DNA of 54,506 nucleotides, filler included, from Perkinsus olseni (Eukaryota): NCBI GenBank assembly GCA_013115125.1. It is 3 parts of 3 records of this genome, joined end to end, with 100 filler letters (N's around TTAATTAATTAA, not from the genome) between each part and the next. Parts side by side here need not be neighbours in the genome. Positions count along the whole stretch, not along the records: positions 36,484 to 54,506 come from JABANN010000626.1; 2 more parts are not named here. One strand, 5' to 3'. Shown piece by piece: positions 47,258 to 54,506 of this stretch (position 1 is its first letter; each line of letters starts with the position of its first letter). The notes under the pieces were generated by a model. It saw only the letters and a program-made list of their open reading frames with translations, ran no database searches and was not told where the DNA came from. The position numbers and the translations under genes were made by a program.

Positions 47258-50200
47258 ATGTCTGTTACTAGAGAGAATTCGGAAGCAGAGGAACCTGTCC
47301 CAGAGGTCCTGCTACTTGATCTGGGTGGAATCACGTGAGAGCACTGTTGGCTGAGCCTGTGGAAGGCCAACTCCAACCTTAGATTCCCGTCTCCGATCGG
47401 CTCGCTACTGGCGGCCGCCAATTCTATTCGGGACCCGGGCTTTCCAAGGCGAATGGTGTCGTCACCGTTGTGGAAGGAGCTGGAGTGTGGGTTTTTAACG
47501 GTGATAGGGTTGCTGGGTTGGCGCGGTGGTCACAGCTAGAGGTGTCAGATACCCGAGTTTTGTGAAAAATTTGCCAAGGGCAAGGCCGAGGTTAGAGAGG
47601 CTCTCCTGGGCTGGTTTGAGACCCTGAGAGGGATGGAGCCGAGTAGGAGGAAGAGGAGCGGCCATCGTGCATTTTTGTTTACTACGAGGGATTACTTATT
47701 AAGCTTGCCCGTCCCCTGAGGCCCTCAGGCTGAGGGGGTATTGCTTTCGCTGTGGTGCTCAGGTCCCCGTATGATAGTACTGCTTACTGAGCTCCGTTTG
47801 AAGTATTCGGGGTTGAAGATAGGCGCTGTCACGAACAACTTCAAGCATCCGACACCTTCGAGGCCGATGAGAGACCTCAGGGGAGAACTCCTTTTTGATA
47901 CCATAGTTGAGAGCGCGGTAGAAGGGCTGGCCAAGGGACATCAGGGTGGGGAGAGGTACTTACTATGAGGGTGGGGGAATACTCGGAATACTGTCACCCT
48001 CGGCAATTCATACTACTGTATTCAATGCGAAGGACCACACTCCGCCATCCCCAGCTACGAAGTTGCGGGTAGTTGGGCGACGATGTTCTTCGAGGGTTGC
48101 CTTGTGCGTTGAACGTTACTGGGCTGCCGTTGTGAGTTGGCCGAAGGTTTTTCTTTCAGGCTCTTTAAGACGGCGTTGGAGCGACTGGACTATCACGGCC
48201 CATCCTCTGCTGTCCTATACCTGGATGACTTAAAACACAATCTGGCACAGCCGGCTTCGCTGGGGATCCGAACAAGGCACGCCATCACGCCTGAAGAGGC
48301 TGCTGAAACTATCAGGAAAATGTAACGCGCCGCGGAGGAGGATGGGCATCGCTTGGGGGTCGTGGGATCGTCCACAATGTAGCTCTTAGTCTACTATTGT
48401 TGGGGACAATTGGTTAAACCCTATGATTAGCGAGAGGAGTGGTATGAAGCCCCACTCTGACACTGTACAGAGGAGCTGATTAATAGTCTTGTAGTGAAGG
48501 TCGCTTATTTCAGCTTTCGTGTACCATCCTACACGATACCGCCACTATCGACGCCCCTGCCAAGATTCGCCTTGGACGTCTCACAGGGTTCATCGCTGCA
48601 GAAGTATCTCGCCTCAATTGGAGTGCTCCCGAAGGACATCCCCGACCAAGCGCGGGCCTTTGCGTGGCAATTCTCCTTTGGACAGTCCAACCCTACCTAC
48701 CTGATTGGGGTTGTACCTGGGGAGGTGAGCTAGGCGGCCGAGGGCAGTGTACTTGTCACCGCGTAGAAGAGTGGCTCATCTCCTCATCCGGTCCAGGATT
48801 GCGGTGTGAGGGGTCTGTTCTACCTGGCAGCACGCTCTGTCCCTTTTAGCCCCTCAAAGGCGGCTATACTCTGCAGACGATATTGGAAGAAAACTGTGCA
48901 GTCCTGAGGAAGCAGCCTCCAGGTAGTAGTAGTTCGGCCGCCCCAGTAGAATCCCTTCTCTGCCCCTCTCTGTGGCACTCGACTCTGTCGTCTGCAGGAG
49001 AGCTGCTGCCCTCGGCCCACGATGTGGCTCGAGAACATACAGTGATTTCTGAGCTTGGAAAGGAAGGCTGTGTACCGGTGCCGCGGACCCTGGGCCTTTG
49101 CACTGATAAGGCTGTCTGTGGTAATATCACGGGAGCTCCACGCGATTGCAAAACTAGATTGTTGTGCACTGGGTGCGGAATGGAAAGGAAAAAGCGTCCT
49201 CGATTTTGGTCGGGTAGGCCGGACTGGGAGTCTGTATGGATGATGATATGCAGGCAATCGGATGGGTGGTTGATGACCGGCCTGTCGTAGGTACCGCCTT
49301 CTACGTCATGAAGTTTGTATCTGGTATAGTTTTTACCGATCCTAACCTGCCCGGTCTCCAGCCATGGCAACGGCGGAAGGTGAGTCGGCTGGGGAGGGGG
49401 TGCTCATAGAGGAGATCCTCTCTCCTCTGTGTGGAATGCTCGCTTCTAGCGCGAGAACAACCTGCTACCAGTGATTCAGCTGATTTCAGGTCTACGAGGA
49501 TTTGATGAGGACAGCTGCTGCGATACACAACTTCCCTTGGGATCGTTCGGCGCCCCTCACACAGAGGTTCCGAGGTCATCGCCTACGCTGGTTTAACAGT
49601 GCATCGAAGCATGGCCCCTCCTTTCAGGTGATCCGTCGAGATATGTGAGCAAGCAGGTGGAGAGGTGGAGTGGTCAGGGCATTGCCGTCGAGGAGTTCAA
49701 ACGCTTGGCGAAGAGATTGCTTGACAATGTCCAGGTAGGGCATCGCTTAGTCACTGCGATATACGGGGGAATCTAATGTCGATGCTCGCTTCCAGCGGAG
49801 AAATAGATATTTTTGGCTTACTTGTGTGGAGTCCACTCGTGTCAGATATCCCAGAAGTGTCCGGAGTTTCAAACACTAGTGCACGGCGACTTCAGACTGG
49901 ACAACTGCATCTTCGACCCGCACACCTTCGAGGTAGGGAAGCCATCACAGCATCACTTCGTATGCTGAGGCCTGCTTCTGCTGCGCAGGTGGTGGCTGTT
50001 CTGGACTGGGAGCTGAGCACTTGCGGCAATAGTCTAGTCGATGTTGCCAGTGCACTGTCACAGTACTATGGTCTTTACCCGGGTGTCGCCCAGCTCAGCC
50101 CTAACTTCACAGAGCTCGGTAAGGCAGGGGTTCTGATTGAGAGAGCGGCGGTTGGGCCAAGATGTAAGTGCCGTGGGTGCCTACAGGTATACCTACCGAG

Positions 50201-50711
50201 CAAGAGCTTCTCGCTTTGTACCTGCGCTGTCGCGAGGTTGAGTCGATCCCTGATGGGTTGATGCGGTATATGGAGGCCTTTCAGTGCCTGAGGATGGCCG
50301 GCATCCTGTATGGAGTCTTGGTGAGGCTTCGGCACACTTTCTAATGGTAGCCTCGTCATCTTGCTTCGTTGGACTATTCCTCGTACGAGACCTTCACTCA
50401 ACGCTTGAGTCTCAACCCTGCTCTCTCGGGCGACACATCAACCCTCGAGCTCAGTTGATTAGATGTGTTGCAGAGGGCAGCTTCTGGCTGCTCGCCAGAA
50501 GCTTGTTAGTGATGATAGTCCTTCGTTGGGTATTCAGGTGAGGAGTAAGAAGGGTAATGCATCCCAGCAACAGCATAAGCAGGACGGGAAGGACCGCAGC
50601 ATCTTCAGTCTGGCCTATGTTACGAATCTCTGCAACCGCGGCCTGGAGCTGCGCGAGGGGTCGTCTCAGAGTAGCGGCCCTATCACACTAGACACCCCTT
50701 CTAAGCTATGA
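47258..50711 (+). CDS. ACAD10-like HAD + aminoglycoside-phosphotransferase-like kinase protein without ACAD domain, C-terminal PTS1 (SKL)
   Basis: HAD: LLLDLGG, GAVTNNF, FDTIVESAVEGLAK, YLDDLKHNL. In-frame splice at 48322-48513. APH: QFSFGQSNPTY, VLRKQPPG|ELLPSAHDVARE, FYVM, LVHGDFRLDNC, AVLDWELST. Ends …TPSKL*. Confidence 0.85.
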
Positions 50712-51259
50712 GTGTCATCACCGTTTCTAAGTTCAAGGTGTTATTTTTATTGTTGCGTTTTTCATTTTGGGATATCTTCTGGTAGGCATCGGAAACAGTG
50801 AGTACTAGACGTAGCTGATCGCCCTTGTCCACGGTCACTCCGCGTGTACTCTATGGTGGTAGTATTTTTTCAATGTCCGTTTTGTCGTTGGGCTCCTTCC
50901 ACTCGTGCTGCACACTTCCTCTGAATGGAGGAAAGAGCGGAGAGCTTATTGTTGCCGAGAACTCAGTGACGGAAGGGTCACCAATTTATCAGCGGCCTAG
51001 CTTCCTGCCGCCGCCGCTCCCACTCTTCACTGAAGGGACTGCCAGGGGGCTTGCACGGCCGCTTACACGATTGAAGTCGAGCCAACCGCTCAAAAGTGAG
51101 TCGTTGCTATTCTAAGAGTGTCCTGTGGCTCTGCTTCTTGGTGGACGTGAGGTCTATTGTAGGGCCCTTGGGTGACACGGTGGTCTTCGAGGACGGCTGT
51201 TTCTCGGACTCAGTCAGCCGTTTGAGTAAGGGTGCATTCTATTCGGGAGTGTTCTCACT

Positions 51260-53291
51260 ATGACTGCTCCGACAGGTTCATTTGATAGTGACCATGCAGC
51301 GCTGTATGTCCACAACGAAGAATGCGTGGAAGGCGATGACCTGTATACTGAGCTGCCATTCAGCCACCTTCCTCCTGTGAATTCAGAAGAGCTGGCCGAA
51401 TTCGGTGAGCAGGGCGAGCCTGGCTCGTGCCATCACAGCTGTCCGTGCTCTCGTAGATGTAGCGCTGGCGTCCGAGGTCCTTGAGAGCATCCAAGTGTTG
51501 TGTGAGGAGTACGAACGTTTTTATCAAGCTCGAAAGAGGTTGCGGTGGCTCGAAGCGTATTTACAACGGCATAGGGAGGCTGCTTCTTATGTGAGTACTC
51601 AATCGAGTTAGGGAAGCGTTTCAGAGAGGCTAGCATCGCGCCCATTCTGCGTCTTGGGGTTCTCATGACTCGTGGGTTCTCAGTTCAGTGCCTCAGTCGA
51701 GGAGGACCTGTGTATAACACGTTTGCGACAGAAGTTAGAATGGCTGGACTCAGCTCTTGAAAGAACACGGACCGATAACATTGCGACAGGTGAGTTGACG
51801 CTCACCATTCGAGGGGGTGTGATGCTGGGGTTGACGCGCACCGCGAGAAATCGCCGAGCAGTATTACTGACTAAAAGGTTCACGGTCCTAATCTTGAATC
51901 AATCGACGGCCCTGGCCTGCTCTGATAATGATGATGGGGAGTCCCCATCATCATTGGGGACTCTCCATTGGGAAGTGATAGTTAGGCAGTCTTCTGCAGC
52001 CGCGGGCCGTAGTCACGCAGCCGGTTTTTACTCCGGGAAACGGAGCAACATCGGCTTATTATTCTCTGGGAACATGGGTAGCCTTTGATTCTCGTTTCGC
52101 GCACGGCTCGCTCCAGAAGCGCGCACACGTTGGACGGGGACTTGGGGACGCTACTGGCGACGCTCTACTCAGATTGCGATAACGGTAACGACAAGTGGTT
52201 ACACGAGCAGCTGTCGCCTGAGAAGAAACTCTGGCTGAAGCAGAATAAGGACTGTGAGGACGAGCTCGTTAATGTTATCGCCACTCGCTTCCGTCCCTGT
52301 GGTCACGGCGTTCTTGCTATCCATACTCCCCTTGTAGGTATATTGACCTTGAAGGTTCAGGGCGTCTTGCACAACCCAACGTATCATATAATTAGTTTAA
52401 TCCGCGAGGTAGACGGAGCATAAGCTGGACGCAACAGCGCTCGGCGGAGTCCTCATCATGAGAAATCATTCTTCAGGTTGATCTCCACCCAAACTGGGTC
52501 CCGTTCCTCTCGGGATCGCGGATCGACCACATAATCGAGGGTTGTGGACGCCGGTGTCAGATGGTGGTCACACACAAATATTCAGTGCCAGTCCCGTTTA
52601 TCCCAGCCCGTTCGGTCTCCATGTGAGTGATCCGCCCTATTATCTGGTTCTCCGATCTGGTTCCCGTTGTGAGCTTTGGAATGGGCCCTCATTGGTCCGA
52701 CGCGTTGAGTCGGGAGAGGAGTACTTCAGGTACGCCTTTGCGTGTGACGCATTGGATGAGCCCGGAGTGGAATCGATAATCATTTACGGTGAGAGCTCGA
52801 GCATCCGGGCTACTTCTTTGTGGATCATCACTGTAAGGGATTGAACAGGTCGAGGCATATCTGAGGACAGCAAGGACTTCTGGGGCTACCCTGTGCCAAG
52901 GTCGAAGGGAGCACGGGCTGAATTGAAGACCTTGTGTTTTATCATGGAACCGATAGATGGGGGAAAGTCTACGGGCTTCACTATGCTTGCTGAGAGCGAT
53001 CCTAAAATACATGTGAGTTCACTCGAGGCCGCTTTCCTTCTGTATAATGGTTGTGGCTTTGCGTAGATACCAGAGAAAATACTCGCGTGGCTGTGCAAGC
53101 AATACGCAAAGTATATTTTTCACAGCATAGAGAAGCTCTCGGAGAACTTCGATGACACCGAGTATCCTGCTCGTATAGAGCAAGATAGAGAGTTCTATGA
53201 CTTCATTGAGACAGCAGTGATCGGGAGAATGAAGTCCATGCACGAACGGAGTCGGTCGGGCCTGAATGAGCACTGCTTTGCCAGCAGCTGA
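51260..53291 (+). CDS. Hypothetical multi-exon protein; 3' end uncertain
   Basis: A series of coding-like exons bounded by GT/AG (e.g. EEYERFYQARKRLRWLEAYL, RLRQKLEWLDSALE, EILAWLCKQYAKYIF); no family recognised. Confidence 0.45.
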
Positions 53292-54085
53292 CCCGAAGTT
53301 TCTCTCACTTTTTCAACCCGGCATGTTACCCATGGGAAACGTTTGCATGGACATGCCCAGGTTTTGCTTGGCCCAGTTTTGTCATGCAGTTGTCTTCTTT
53401 GCCCTTCAAAGGGACCATCCGTACCTGTCCTCAAAGCAAGGTTCATTCGTCTCATTTAATCATCGTAAGATTGCTAAGATTTCGATCAATTTGCTTCACT
53501 GCGTCGCACGGTTCATGTTGAGTACGGCAGTGGATTTCGAGGAGCACAAACCTGTCCATCACGATCACCGCCGGTGGATGCCCTTAGGGCGCGCGAGTGA
53601 GCTATGCGGGTCACCAGAAAACCCAGCTCAGGCTATGTGTTCGACAGACACCATCGCCAAGACCGAGTTTGCGTCGTGAGGTGTTGACAACGCGATACAT
53701 GTAGGCGGTAGCGTGGATGATGATTAGAAGAGCGATTACGAGTGAGTTGCGGCGTACTGGTTGAACTACTATTTAATCCACTTACAATACTCATGGCCTT
53801 TAGGTAGCAGCTTACGGGCATCGGGGCTTACTCTAGTTCCACGGGAGCGCCGAGCTGACAGCACTGACCTCATGGATCCGCACGCGATGATACTCACGCA
53901 GTCACAAGATATGCTGCACACGAAGGTATCTTACCGTTTTCAGGGCGATGTGTTCGCTCCGGTGATTCGATGCCATGCAATGTAGTAGAGTCCTCTCCTA
54001 AGCAACTTGCATGTAGATCAAGCTATAAGTCTGCTCGGGCATTTATAGCTCTCTTCGCTTGCAAAGTTCTTCCGCGTTACATACC

Positions 54086-54506
54086 ATGATTGTCGTCGCC
54101 TGCTTGCTCTCTACTCCCGTCCTTGGAGCCTTACGTCATCTACAGGTCAGTTCGACTGTTGCACCTACCACTACTGCCACCACACAGTCATCGACGGCTT
54201 CTCCTACGACCGTTGGCCCGAGTACATTACAGAACACCTGTGATATCTACTGTCAGGGGCTTAATGGTGGTGCCTCATACTGTAAGTTTGACCAGAACCC
54301 GCCTACTTGCCAAGGGGGCGATCAGACGTGCGGCACGATCGCCATCTGTGGCCCTCCAGTAACCGTGACGCCGACTGAAGCGGTGCCGACTGGTGACGGA
54401 ACCTATGAGCCAGCCTGTGATACCATGTGTCAGAGTCTCAATGACGAGGCCTCTTACTGCAAGTGGTGGCTCCCAAAGCCTACTTGTCTCGGTGATGACC
54501 AGCCGT
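54086..54506 (+). CDS. Secreted Thr/Ser-rich protein with Cys-rich repeats (runs off the window)
   Basis: Open frame MIVVACLLSTPVLGA…STVAPTTTATTQSSTASPTT…CDIYCQGLNGGASYCKFDQNPPTCQGGDQTC…CDTMCQSLNDEASYCKWWLPKPTCLGDDQP. Absent from the ORF track because it has no stop in the window. Confidence 0.8.
   Translation, partial: MIVVACLLSTPVLGALRHLQVSSTVAPTTTATTQSSTASPTTVGPSTLQNTCDIYCQGLNGGASYCKFDQNPPTCQGGDQTCGTIAICGPPVTVTPTEAVPTGDGTYEPACDTMCQSLNDEASYCKWWLPKPTCLGDDQP

Overview
Eukaryotic, intron-rich protist DNA. Short ~45-60 nt GT-AG introns, gene content and an expanded A1 protease / Cys-rich secreted families suggest Perkinsus or a related alveolate (inference). Three contigs are joined by two artificial 100-bp linkers (44N-TTAATTAATTAA-44N) at 18157-18256 and 36384-36483. 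Contig 1 opens with a duplicated cassette encoding small secreted 8-Cys peptides (three intact genes and one truncated), each cassette bracketed by inverted copies of an ~80-bp TG...CA repeat. It continues with an intronless aspartic protease and a minus-strand run of RTF1, a PDZ+coiled-coil+GRAB golgin, V-ATPase subunit e and CLN3/battenin. Contig 2 carries a Tc1/mariner-type MITE, a signal-peptide GNAT-fold gene, farnesyltransferase beta, a bacterial-type cardiolipin synthase (PLD), and non-LTR and hAT relics. Contig 3 carries a gypsy RT relic, a GH2 beta-mannosidase, a degenerate tRNA-Met, a WD40 protein, an ACAD10-like HAD+kinase protein lacking the ACAD domain and ending in SKL, a hypothetical gene and the start of a Cys-rich repeat secreted protein. 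Gene models were spliced by eye and family calls come from recalled motifs, not database searches, so internal exon boundaries are approximate.
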